Part shown: piece by piece, positions 27,667 to 40,627 of the stretch
How positions within the stretch are numbered: the first letter of the stretch is position 1
Layout: each line of letters opens with the position of its first letter
Assembly: GCF_964355755.1 (NCBI RefSeq)
Contig: NC_092678.1
Location: 21,407,365 to 21,471,364 of the forward strand
From: Antedon mediterranea
Lineage: Eukaryota > Animalia > Echinodermata
Direction: 5' to 3'
DNA: 64,000 nt
The notes under the pieces: generated by a model
Told to the model about the DNA's origin: nothing
Database searches by the model: none
Seen by the model: the letters and a program-made list of their open reading frames with translations, nothing else
Program-made: the position numbers and the translations under genes

Positions 27667-28434
27667 TTAGTCACCGATTTCATCTTGTATAGTGTCATAT
27701 GCTGGCGTCAGCAGACGTAATACCAGGGGATGTTTAACGTCACTAGACGTGATACCGTACGATAATTTGCTTATTAGTTTGCATTGTCATCGTGTATAGT
27801 GTTGTATGATTTCATCTCTTGTTTTGTAATATTTCCATGTGACCATTCTTGTTGCTCTGCTTTTGCAAATATTAAATGTCGCCCATCCACCTAAACTGGG
27901 AGAAGTAGATAAGGGTAACAGCAAACTTCAGCTATGCACGAACCTGTAAAGAAAAAATGGGAAACGACACTCGTTTTCCAACGTTAACGGTAGTTAAGGC
28001 GCCGGAAAATCCAATCGAACGTCAATGTTACATTTTCACGCGGCGCATATCGATTGGCGCATAACTGGCCGTGTGGAGCGTATAGTGAAAACGAAACATT
28101 GATGTTCGATTCGCCGGACCGGAACCGTGCCGGAACAGTTGTGAAAGACCTTTTACTCAGTAATTCTGAATTTTCTTTATCAAAAATGTCGATCGCTTAA
28201 ATCATTCAACTAGCTCATTGATAACGATTGTTCCGAATTTGTTGTCAGACATCCTTATTTTACTCTAACTTTGCGTTGCGTCCAAATGGGAACCAAGCCA
28301 TCAAACCAGAAAGCGATTAGCTTTCTTTTACATTTTAAATACTTACCCGAATATGCAATAGATACTAATGTACTCCGTTCAGACGGAACAATCCATTTTC
28401 TTAAAGTGATGTATATCGCTGGCATGGTTAATCC
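27667..28434 (-). pseudogene. SLC17 relic 1: exon 3, and exon 4 fused directly into exon 9
   Basis: Exon 3 at 28434-28347. Exon 4 (from ~27943) carries the same deletion as relic 0 and joins exon 9 at ~27876. Exon 9 is interrupted by a ~100-bp insert flanked by a TGTATAGTGT direct repeat. Confidence 0.85.
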
Positions 28435-28554
28435 CTGAAAGTAAATAAGGGGTTTTTTACGTCACTTGTGTGTGAACGACTTATTACCGTTTACGCAACA
28501 TATCAAGGACAGCTGGTGATCAGTCTACCTGTCTGGCTAAGCTTAAAGAATTTA

Positions 28555-29070
28555 TTTAGAAGGTGATCGGGATCTTGACGAATTTTATTGACAGTTTTTA
28601 TGATGTTCTTTCATGAAGTGAAATAAGAGGTTCAAGGCTAATGAGGAATCATTTACACCACTCCGTTCTCACTTTCAAGCTCTCATATGAGAGCTGACTT
28701 GTACAGTTTTCACAGGAGCTCGAGTGAAACTGTCTACCCATCCTACCATCAAAATAAGAAGACAAAAGATGTGGCAGATCATTCCAAAGACCAACAGATG
28801 AAAAGATAAATGAGCTGTTGCCATAGAAAACAGTGGCGGATTTTAAAACATTAACTTAGGACAATATGGTGTGATAAGCTCATCTATGTAGTATAACGAA
28901 GTTGAGTTCAAACTCTTGTAATAGTCAACAGACTCTTTAAATTAATTCTTTCTTGGATAGAAAGCCAGTGGAGATCTTTGAGGATTAGAGTTATATTGGC
29001 AAATGCTTTGGTCCTAGTGAAAAAGGTGCAGCAGTATTCTGAGCTGAATCAGTTGTAGTTTTGTGATTTC
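28555..29070 (-). mobile_element. L2/CR1-type LINE 3' fragment (cassette B)
   Basis: Near-identical to 16720-17245. Confidence 0.7.
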
Positions 29071-30865
29071 AGGACAACCTTATATTGAGAGGACACTACT
29101 ATTTTGAGGACATCCTTCTTGAGGGGACACTCCTATTCTTAGGAAATCCTTATTGAGGGGACATTCCTATTCTGAGGACATCATTGTTGAGGGGACATTC
29201 CTATTCTGAGGACATCCTTGTTGAGGGGACACTCCTATTATGAAAACATCTTTATTGAGGGGACACTCCTATTCTGATGACATCCTTATTGAGGGACAAT
29301 CCTATTCTAAGGACATTCTTATTGAGAGGACATTCCTATTTTGAGGACATCCTTGTTGAGGGGACACTCCTATTCTGAGGACATCCTTATTGAAGGGACA
29401 CTCCTATTCTGAGGACATCCTTATTGAGAGGACACTCCTATTTTGAGGACATCCTTGTTGAGGGAATACTCCTATTCTGAGGACATCATTATTGAGGGGA
29501 CATTCCTATTCTGAGGACATCCTTGTTGAGGGGACACTCCTATCCTGAGGACATCCTTGTTGAGTGGACACTCCTATTCTGAGGACATCCTTATTGAGGG
29601 GACACTCCTATTATGAGGACATCCTTATTGAGGGGACATTCCTATTCTGAGGACATCCTTGTTGAGGGGACATTCCTATTATGAGGACATCCTTGTTGAG
29701 GGGACACTCCTATTCTGAAGACTTCCTTATTGAGGGGACACTCCTATTCTGAGGACATCCTTATTGAGGGACAATCCTATTCTAAGGACATCCTTATTGA
29801 GAGGACATTTCTATCCTGAGGACATCCTTGTTGAGGGGACATTCCTATTCTGAGGACATCCTTGTTGAGGGGACATTCCTATTATGAGGACATCCTTGTT
29901 GAGGGGACATTCCTATTCTGAAGACTTCCTTATTGAGGGGACACTCCTATTCTGAGGACATCGTTATTGAAGGAACACTCCTATTCTGAGGACATCCTTA
30001 TTGAGAGGACACTCCTATTTTGAGGACATCCTTGTTGAGGGAATACTCCTATTCTGAGGACATCATTATTGAGGGGACATTCCTATTCTAAGGACATCCT
30101 TGTTGAGGGGACACTCCTATCCTGAGGACATCCTTGTTGAGTGGACACTCCTATTCTGAGGATATCCTTATTGAGGGGACACTCCTATTATGAGGACATC
30201 CTTATTGAGGGGACATTCCTATTCTGAGGACATCTTGTTGAGGGGACATTCCTATTATGAGGACATCCTTGTTGAGGGGACACTCCTATTCTGAAGACTT
30301 CCTTATTGAGGGGACACTCCTATTCTGAGGACATCCTTATTGAGGGACAATCCTATTCTGAGGACATCCTTATTGAGAGGACACTCCTATTCTGAAGACT
30401 TCCTTATTGAGGGGACACTCCTATTCTGAGGACATCCTTATTGAGGGACAATCCTGTTCTGAGGACATCCTTATTGAGAGGACATTCCTTTTCTGAGTAC
30501 ATCCTTGTTGAGAGGACATTCCTTTTCTGAGGACATCCTTGTTGAGAGGACATTCCTATTATGAGGACATCCTTGTTGAGAGGACACTCCTATTCTGAGG
30601 ACATCCTTATTAAGGGGACACTCCTATTCTGAGGACATCCTTATTGAGGGACAATCCTATTCTAAGGACATCCTTATTGAGAGGACATTCCCTTTCTTAG
30701 TACATCCTTATTGAGAGGACATTCCTTTTCTTAGTACATCCTTGTTGAGAGGACACTCCTATTCTGAGGACATCCTTATTAAGGGGACATTCCTATTCTG
30801 AGGATATCTTTATTGAGGAGCCGGGACACAGCTATTCCGAGAACATCTTTATTGACAGTCTTATT
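29071..30865. repeat. 34-bp minisatellite array B (~52 units)
   Basis: Same consensus and the same order of variant units as array A. Confidence 0.97.
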
Positions 30866-31385
30866 CAAAAGACACTTTCAGGTTAAATAAACGAAGGCCA
30901 ATCTATATTAAGGAGATACTTTGAGTGGTCTTAATATGAGTTCTACTGTATGTTTAAATGACGCCACTAAAGATAATTAAAATATAGTTTTATTTCGCAA
31001 TTAGTTATCGAAGCGTGGTAGTCTGAAGGCGATTTAAAATATTTAGTGTTGTCAGGGAAGAGTGAAAGTAATGTCAATCTTCTCTGGTGTTGTCCACCAT
31101 ACTGTAACAGCCGCTCAATATAATCTCTTTCTTCCTTATATCTTTACTCTCATTAAAAGTTAATACTAACAAACTTTATCAAAAATAAATAAATTGTTAT
31201 CTCGTCACAATTTATATACAAAGTTATTAAACATAACTAACAAAAGAAATTAGCAACAAAAATTATTACAACATTATTTTATTTATTTATGTCTTTTCTT
31301 CTTTTAACAAACATTACAAGATTATTAAATAAGGCAATTATAATATATTATTCTATTTATAAATAATTAAAAAACAATAAATAAA

Positions 31386-32764
31386 CTAGATTTAATTCGT
31401 CACTATGACGAATTATAGGTTATATGCATTGATTCAAATAAAGATAATTGATTGATTTAAGATATATTGATTGATTGATTTTCTCAGAATCATTAGTTAT
31501 TTATAATATATGACAGGATCTTGCTAACGCAAATACAATAGCCGGTATCATAATCCGATCAAAGATCTTTCTGCGTATATAATGTCATAAACCACATTTG
31601 TGTTTTTATTTAGATTTCATTATAAATCATGTGTATAATCTATACACTAAGAAATATAATTGAACAACCAATACGGATAATAAAAAAATCTTATTTCGTT
31701 TGGTTTCCCAAGGTGAGACTCGAACTCGGTACTTGACTGCTATAGACACGAGCAAAGAACACCGAGCCATACACAACTGACTAACAGTTATGGAAAGATT
31801 CCTCCGTGTATTTACTATGCAGTAACCACTTTGGTGCAGATAGATTATTACATACCGCAATGGATTATAATGTTTTACTATGATGACATCTTTAAAAATT
31901 GAAAAAAATGATGCACTGTCAAACTATATACTTTTAACTTTAATATATGAACTTCTTAAGGAAGAAAGTTAATGTTAAGTTTGTTATTTTGGCCTAAGAA
32001 AATGTTATAATTTGTTTGATTGTCGAAATTAATTTTGTTAAATTTAATATGCCATTAATGATGACTTAATCAACTTTTGTTTTTCTAATTTCATAATAAA
32101 TCATACATATGATACATACACTTCAAGAAAATGAAATAAAAAATCGGTGTTCCCGAGCATTCTAACGATATATATTAATTTTAAAATTTAGCATATTTTC
32201 ACCATTTTGTTAACTTACACGTGCGTAGCCTGTCACTTTTGACGTACTCGTATAACGCTGTTTGGCGTTGAAAAGTTAATACAATATGATGATATTGTTA
32301 AAGAAAGGTTATACAACAGTAATCGGACAAAAACAGTGCGCAATAACGTTTGACGCGCAGTGCGCGTGCAAAAATCTGCGCACTTATGGCAATTTTTAAA
32401 CGCCTAAAATTGCCTGAAACGTACTCTAATTTCATCGAAAATAAATTCTGACAATTTTGAACATTTTAAGCGCGCGTACGCATGCGTTATATGCGCTACG
32501 CACGTAATTGTATTGCCATATGATGAAATATGACCTGAAATTTATGAGTACCAAATTTTGTTTAAAAGTGATTCATGCTTGTGAAGATATGATTACAAAC
32601 GTGATTTCGTTAAATCGCGCGTAGACCGCGTAATGTTTGATTGCGCACCGTGAAAACATAACCACATCGATTCCTGGCCATAAGGAATATACTCTGAAAA
32701 ATTGACTTAGTTAGATGAAACTGATATCAAGATAATTGACGGACAAATAGTGCTAAGGAAAGAA

Positions 32765-32815
<51 letters not shown>

Positions 32816-32863
32816 AGATTCTGACAGAATCAAGAGGTTATATGCATATCATGCATATAACCT
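31386..32863 (-). mobile_element. Helentron-associated (HINE/DINE-1-like) non-autonomous element, family 1
   Basis: On the minus strand: 5' palindrome AGGTTATATGCA..TGCATATAACCT, then (TTTA)n, and at the 3' end a subterminal TGCATATAACCT, stem-loop AATTCGTCA.TGACGAATT and CTAG. No TSD; absent from cassette A (~19945). Confidence 0.75.
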
Positions 32864-32865
32864 AA

Positions 32866-34489
32866 CTAGATCTAAACTCGTCACTTGAGGACGAGTTTGG
32901 TTATCCGCCAGCAACAAAACGTATCTTGCGTATTCAAGTACTTCCAAGTTATGACTTTTCCAAAAAAAAATTAGGCTATTCAAAATTAAAACTGCCCTGT
33001 AAGTGTAATAACCAAATAAACCTTTTTAATTAATTGTTTTCCCGTGACGGGTTTCGAACCCGGTACCTCTGATACCAAAGTCGGTTGCACTACACATCGA
33101 GCCATATGAGCACCTGCTGAAGAAAATCCGAAGAAAGAGTCCTCGTTCATCCGGTATGTCGTGAACCCCCCTCGATGCAAGTTGATTATTACATAATGAA
33201 CTTAAATCATAATTTTTACTATGATGAAATCTTCAAAAATTTTAAACAGTTACAAATTATGAAAGCGCATACTTTCAAGTTTTATATATTAACATGTAAA
33301 GAAAAAAGATAAATGTTATGTTTATTGTTTTGCTCTTTGAATAAGTTTATGTTTGTTTGATGATAAATATTTCAAAAATTATATTTAATATGCAAATAAT
33401 GTAGCCATCAAACACGTTTTAGCATTCAACACTATAATAAATCAGACCTATGATTCATACACTGCAAGAAATTAAAATAAAAAATGGGGGTAACCTTGCA
33501 TTCTGATGAACTGTTTCATTTTTAAAAGTAGACATATTTTGGAACATTTTCACAATTTGTTGACGTTTTCGTGCGCAACCTGTCATGTTTAACGTGCTCG
33601 TAGAACGCCATTTCAAGTTGAAAAGTGAATAAAATAACGTAAAATTGTTAACCGAATATTTAAAAACACAAATCGTGTAAAAGAAATGCTCATACCTGTT
33701 CCCTGCGCCGTGCGCGCGTAAAAATGTGCGCACCAGTGGCAATTTTTTAAACGCTTAAAATGACCTGAATCGTGCTCTAATTTAATCAGAAATTGATTTG
33801 AAGCATTTTAAAATTTCAAACGCCATTTACGCGCGCACTTTCTAATGTTACAAATTGCGGTAGCGTTTAAAAAGTTAACTATTGATGTGAAGCAAACGTG
33901 GCTGAAAATGACGTTAAAAAATATTCATTTGTTTCGAAGTTATAACCAATTTAAGATTTTCAGAAAATCACGCGTAACTTACGCTACGCGGCTCTGACAT
34001 CGTCAAAAAGCTTGGCTGGACAACTTCAGTAAAATGTCTATATGTTGAACAAGTTACAAAATGTTATGTTAACGCGTTACAGAGAAACAGCGTGCACAAA
34101 TTAGGAGCATTTTAAAATTTCAAACGCAGTTTACGCGCAGACTTTCTAGTGTTCAAAAATTTGCTGAAGAGCGAAAAAGTTAGCCATTCATGTGAAGAAA
34201 ACGTGGCTGAAAATTTCGTTAAAAAATATTTATCGGTTTCGAAGTTATGACCGATTTAAGATTTTCAGAAAATCGCGCGTAACTTACGCTACGCGGATCT
34301 GACATTGTCAAAAAGCTTGGCAGTACATCTTCAGTTAATTGTCTATATGTTGACCAAGTTACAAAATGTTATGTTAACACGTTCAAGAGAAAACGCGTAC
34401 ACAAAATCTGAGAAAGAAAGAAGAATAATAAAAAAAAAAAAAAAGTAACACTACAATAACAAATGCTTATCCGCTTGAGGCGGATAACC
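32866..34489 (-). mobile_element. Helentron-associated non-autonomous element, family 2, followed by an orphan family-1 5' end (34490-34565)
   Basis: Subterminal inverted repeat GGTTATCCGCC/GGCGGATAACC, 3' stem-loop AAACTCGTC..GACGAGTTT plus CTAG, and an internal ~300-bp direct repeat (33800-34395). Confidence 0.7.
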
Positions 34490-34668
34490 AATAAATAAAT
34501 AAAGATATAAATAAAGATTCTGACAGAATCAAGAGGTTATATGCATGAATGCATGCATATAACCTAATAATGTAAATACATTGTATACATCTTTCCTTTT
34601 TAAAAATCGAAAGCCATGTCTCGGGTCCATTCTATTGATTTCTTCATCAGTACTTCTATGAATGAATT

Positions 34669-37600
34669 TTAGTCACCACTTTCACCGTGTATAGTGTTGT
34701 ATGATTTCATCTCTTGTTTTGTAATATTTCCATGTGACCATTCTTGTTGCTCTGCTTTTGCAAATATTAGAAAGAAAATCATTGCAAAGATATGGAAAGC
34801 AGCAATTATTCTAAACATCAAAGACCACTGATTGGCTGTATTCTGAGAAAAAAAACAAAAAAAAAACAACTCAGATTTAAACAAGTAAACAGGACGCGTG
34901 ATGAGGTGTTTTCAATCAAACTTAAAACTTACATCTTCTTCGATCAAAGCTCCAAGAATAAGTGGACCAGTAAAACCAACCGCAGCGGTTCCAGTTGTCA
35001 CCATTCCTATGATTATTTGTGAGTGTTCCTTTGATATCTCCGTTATGTTTGTAAGTGTGCTCGTCGCATATATTCCTCCACAAGTAAACGCCACTGTAAG
35101 AAGTATAACAGACGCGACTGCATGGTTTTCAAAGTATCCAATGAAAAATAGACAAATAGCAGGTATTCCCATATCTACAAATAAGTCATGGAAATTCATT
35201 TTCATTGTAAAAATTTTTAATTAAAACAAAATGAAAGAAGCAGTCACAATTTAAGAATGCATTTAATAATTTAAAAAACCCCCACAAAATAAACAATTTT
35301 TCTTACGTAAAATCATAAAAAACTTTCTAGTATTCAGAACATTCAGGTATTCCCGCCGAATGATGACGTCAGCAGCCACACCAGACAGCAGCGTAACTAT
35401 GAATTCTAGAATTGGTGGAATTGATGTTAAAATTGCGATCTAGAAATACAGAAAAAAAGTATTATACGCCTATTCCTATGTTATATTCTATGTTTCTAGA
35501 AATATTTAGGTTGTTTTATTATTAATTCATTCCTTATTATTCACGGTTTCTGCCTTAAAACATTGGAAAAATAATAATTCTGCTCTCTTCATTGGTCGTG
35601 TTTCTGCAGCCAAAACAAAATTATCGGTTAATGTCCGAATAGTGTGCGCATGATCAGTCATTACCGAACAACCAGATGTCCAATCACATTATTGAAACAA
35701 ATGTTCCTTCATGTCAAAGGTTAAAAATGATCCCATTTATCCCGTTATTATCCGATTTGAATGAGATAATTATCGGTTAATTTTTCTTGAGTGAAATCTG
35801 TTAAACCCCGTTTCCAAAGGCAGTTTATCGGTTAATTATCGGTTAATTTTTGGCTGCGGACACACAGCCTATGACATATTTTTTTTCAATATATATTTCT
35901 TAGATATTTTTCCAGTGATTTTTTTTCACTCCGCCACCATAAAATGAGTGGACAACAAGCGCAGTTCATATAATCTATCGCTTGTAATTGGTCAAATCAA
36001 TTGCGTCGCGCTAAAACGTCCTTGGGTTGCGCGCGTCCCGATGTGAATGTGATGGTGCTAGTTACTCTTCTGTCACAGGATCATATATTGAAGTGTACTA
36101 GTGTGTTCACTGTTGGTATCTGATAGAACAACGTAAGAAAGCATTTGGTAAGGCAGTCCAGAGATAGGTTGTAAATTAGAAGGAGAGAGGTCGAATGTAT
36201 TGTAGTGCGATATCGCCATGGTGTTTTCAAAATCAAAGCCTTGTGTGTCGACAGCGCGCTGCGCGGACTTTTTGACAAAGTCAGCCCTCTATCAATAGGA
36301 GGCAAGAGTCTCAATTATACACAAACAAACACATACTTTTGACATGCGCAGTGCTATCTTTTGTGATAAAATAGTTGCGCAATCAAAATGTTTGCTTCCC
36401 GCTTAAAAATCCCTAAATTTTGATACCAAACTCGTTTACATATGACATTTTATTTTTATTTTTATACCTACATGCTTGAACGACGTTAACAGCTATATTG
36501 CTGTTTGGAAAAACATGGAGTAAATAAAATAAAAAGAGTTTTCCTTACCTTTGTTGGATCAAATCCAAATATCAATAAAAAAATGGGTCCTTCAGTAAGA
36601 ATAAAGGTAAAATTGAGATTGTACGCCATGTAAGCAAACATGATAGACCACACTGCAGTTGATGTCAACATATCATACCATGGAACCGGTATTTCCTGAT
36701 TAAAAAAACGTTTGAATTTAAAATGTGTTTATCACAGAATGATCAATGATTTAACTCAACTATAGATTAATGAATATTCATTAACACATGACTCAACAGA
36801 CGTTGATTACAAACATGTCAGCTTGACTCCTCCCATTATAATACCTTATTAGAGTCTTTAACTTCAAAACTTTTCAAATATTCGAGTTGCTGTGTTGAAA
36901 TATATGGATCGTCAACAGGATTATCAACAACGAAAGCTATGAATATTATTGATAATAAAACACTAATGGTACCTAAAACGAAGAAGAAATGGTTGCTTAT
37001 TATGCGAAAATGCATATATTAATATACATCAAAATATTAATGATCATTTAAATATTTCTAAAGAAAGTATGTTTGGGTTTGATTAGTCACATTCAGAAGA
37101 AACACGCTTATTATTATTGTAAAGTGGAATCAGAAACAATCTCTCAACTGTAAGTATTTACTTTACCAAAAATACAAAAAGAATATTATTTGCGAACTGA
37201 CGAGATAGTTTAGGAGTATGTTTTAGTTAAAAAGCCAATTCAATTTTATTTAATCAACAATAATCATTTGCAGTATAATATATGCGATAGTTTTTTCTGT
37301 TATCTTGTTAATGTGTTTACATTTTATTTAACCCGGCTCACTAAAGTACTGTCCTATTCTCTTTATTCTCTTTAAATAGTGTTTATATTATTATTATTAT
37401 TAATATTGTTAGGTTAAACTCACTGAAAGTATAATATGACGTTGGCCATCCTCCTAAACTGGGAGAAGTAGAAATCCACATAGATAAAGGATAACAGAAA
37501 ACTTCAGCTATGCTCGTGCCTTTAGAAAACAAAGTAAACAACATAGAGTTTCCAAACGTTAAACATTTTTTCCAGTAGCTTTAAGCTTGATTCCCACAAG

Positions 37601-40600
37601 TGACCAAATCATAAGCGACAGTTTGGATGACCTATCGTGTCGTGATTGGTCAAAGTTACTTACGATGTACTATTAAGTCCATAATCAGGTTAAAAGATGT
37701 CATAAAATAGGGTCCCGTGTGCAATTTGTGGTGAAAGTTGGCAACTTGTCTAAATATCTTTAGTGGGTCAAAATAAACCAGAAAAACGTTGTTGCCCAAT
37801 CTGTAACCCCGTGGGGGTCTTTTATGGGCCTTTTCAAAATGGCGGCCAAAATATTCAAATAGCTTATATCTTTGTAATGGCTGGTGTTACAGGTTTCATT
37901 TTAGTATCTAATAATTCACAACATATATATTTATATTCACTCTAATACAACTTTTTGTCAAAAAATTGCTGCAACTACCATTTCTGGCATTTTGACCTTT
38001 GACCTTGTCTTCTTATATCTCTGTAACCAATAATCTTAGAGAGAAAAAGTTTAATGGAAATTGCTCAGAACGACTATATTTATATTTGATCTAATGAACT
38101 TTATTGTCGAAAAGTGAACGGAAATATTTTTATTGACCTTTGACCTTCACCTTCTTCTATCTCGATAACTACTGGTCACAGAGACATGTTTTTGGTCTTA
38201 AATTTTTCAGAGCATATATGTTTATATTCACTCTAATGAAACATTTTATCAATATAAAAGACCCCCCACGAGGTCACAGGTTGAGCAACAACGTTTTTCT
38301 GGTTTATTTTGACCCACTAAAGATATTTAGACAAGTTGCCAACTTTCACCACAAATTGCACAAGGAATACCTCTTTTAACCTGACTACCAAGCATTATGT
38401 TCAACAAAGAAGAAAATTTGCTTTCTTAAGCTCTGTCTAAACTATCAAACTGTAATAATAGTGTAGACAGAGCTTTAGATATTAACTATAAACACGCAAA
38501 AAACACTTTTTCTTGTACACAATTACTTACCAGAATATGCAATAGATAATAATGTACTCCGTTCAGACGGAACAATCCATTTTTTTAAAGTGATATAAAC
38601 CGCCGGCATGATTAATCCCTAGAAATATAAATAATTTTTATAACGGTTGAAAAAAAAACAAGTAATACCGTTTAAACGACGTATTACCGTTACGCAGCAC
38701 AATTTTGTCTTTTTGGTTGTTTGTTGCGTAACGTACATTTTTACGCCCTATCAATAGTAGCAATAACGTATGCGTAACAAAGGTTGTTAACCAATGACAA
38801 GCGAGAGTTTGGGAAATCCAGAGCGCGCGTGTCACTTGGTCAAATTAATTGCGTTGCGCTTACGTACTTGCGCTGCGTCCTAGTGGGAACCAAATTGTAA
38901 CGTTATGGCGTTAAGTTTGTATAAGTGTAAATAGTATCGTTGTATACGCAACACATCCTATAGTCAATAGCCAATGGTATTGGCCGCCCATTGAAAAAAA
39001 AAACAATCGTTTCTCCATACAGTGCAACATAATTGAACTGCCAATAAAGACACTAACTTCTACGACGCCTTGTAAAACCCGTACGATGGTCAAAAGACTG
39101 GTTCCAACGCCGGCAGCCCAAGGGATCATGGCAGACAGTAAACCTTGCAACAGAAGAACTATCACAATTGATCGTTTTCCGCCAATTTTACCAGCCAACC
39201 AACCGCTCGGCAGTCCGCTTATTATATAACCGTAATAAAATGATCCAAGTATATGTTGTTGGGTTTGGTCGTCCCAATCAAAAGTTGGTATCTATAAAGC
39301 AAAATCGTATACATAGAACAGCACATAATGTGTACAAAGTGTTTTAAAATAATAATTTCCCCGAGATTTAGACTTTTTGTTCCACTCCATGTTTATTAAC
39401 TTTGACCTAAAGTAAATAAATGCCCATTCCCTATTTGTGACGTTTTGAAAAAATAATGCATATATATTACTTTAAAAAACATTAAACCAGGTCATTCATT
39501 GTCTTAACTGTACGTTTTATGGTAAATTACGATAAAAAGAGAGAAACAATGCACGCGGTGAATTTCCTCTCGTTGACGGTCTTTAGGCCTCCTAGCTAGG
39601 CTTAGTTTTGTTTTGTAGGCCTAGCTGGTAAACATCGGTAACGTACGAACACCGTACGCTAGCTATAGGCTAAAATACCAATTCGCGCGCAATGCATGTT
39701 GGGATTTATAGCGGGCCGCTACAATTATTAGAATCGACTTATTTTTCACATTTTTAAAAATGTATTGTCCCTTGAAACACAAAAAAATGAACGTCAAAAT
39801 ATACTAAATTTTAATTGGCCATATCAAAATAATATTAAAGTTATTCACTTTAAGTCAAAAATTCGAGACAAAAACAACAATTTTACGTAATTAATAGCTA
39901 CATTAATTTGATTACATTTCGTCTGGAAAACAAAGTAAACAAAGATTTCAAACCATGAGTATACATTGTGCATGATGCTAATTAGGATTGTTTACAACTT
40001 GTCACGGTTGAGAAGGTGTTTCACACAGATCGCGAGGAAGTTTTATGATTATGCATACAGAGTAGTCAAATATGCGCATTGCATTATGAGATATGTTTTG
40101 ATCGAAAAGTTATTTTTTAACCAAAAAACGTCTGTATTTCAGTTAAATGATTTTTTTTTTTTCGACTATTTTTTGGTGAAAGTTAATAACTATTCTGATA
40201 CTTCAAAATGACCAACTTTTTTTCGAAATCTTTTTATTTTTATTTTTTTTTGGAATTTGACAAAGGGACAATACATCTTTAACCGTTTAAAGTCGAAAAC
40301 ACTTATCTCAATAGGACCACAGTATTTATTTTTACATTGTATGTTGTTTGTGACCCTAATTAGATCTAAAAAACGTAGAGAATGGGACTTTAAGACTAAT
40401 GTAACGATTGTTGTATCCGTTACTATATATTCTATATACAAACAATAACTTACCGAATGTGTTGCACTGTCATCTGAAATCGTTGTCGCATTATGATTTG
40501 AGTTCTGTTCTTCTGTGGCATTCCATTTGTTTACCATGCTTATAATGGTAATGTTTATGTTCAATCTGGTACAGTAAACACAAATCCATGCAAAGCAGCA

Positions 40601-40627
40601 CATTACTGCTACAAAATATCGTTTCAT
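34669..40627 (-). CDS. SLC17-family MFS anion transporter, copy B, 9 exons, 471 aa (~98% identical to copy A)
   Basis: GT-AG exons 40627-40454, 39291-39058, 38618-38531, 37519-37424, 36972-36845, 36695-36549, 35439-35307, 35174-34933 and 34842-34669; same lengths as copy A; open frame. Confidence 0.93.
37709..38372. mobile_element. Long-TIR (~110 bp) foldback MITE in intron 3 of copy B; reduced to one arm in copy A (~24498-24597)
   Basis: TGTGCAATTTGTGGTGAAAGTTGGCAACTTGTCTAAATATC... at 37718 is inverted at ~38255-38361. Confidence 0.8.

Noticed and set aside
33040-33105. Functional tRNA genes (also 31706-31770)
   Set aside because: A/B boxes are present but the acceptor and anticodon stems do not pair, and both lie inside repeats.
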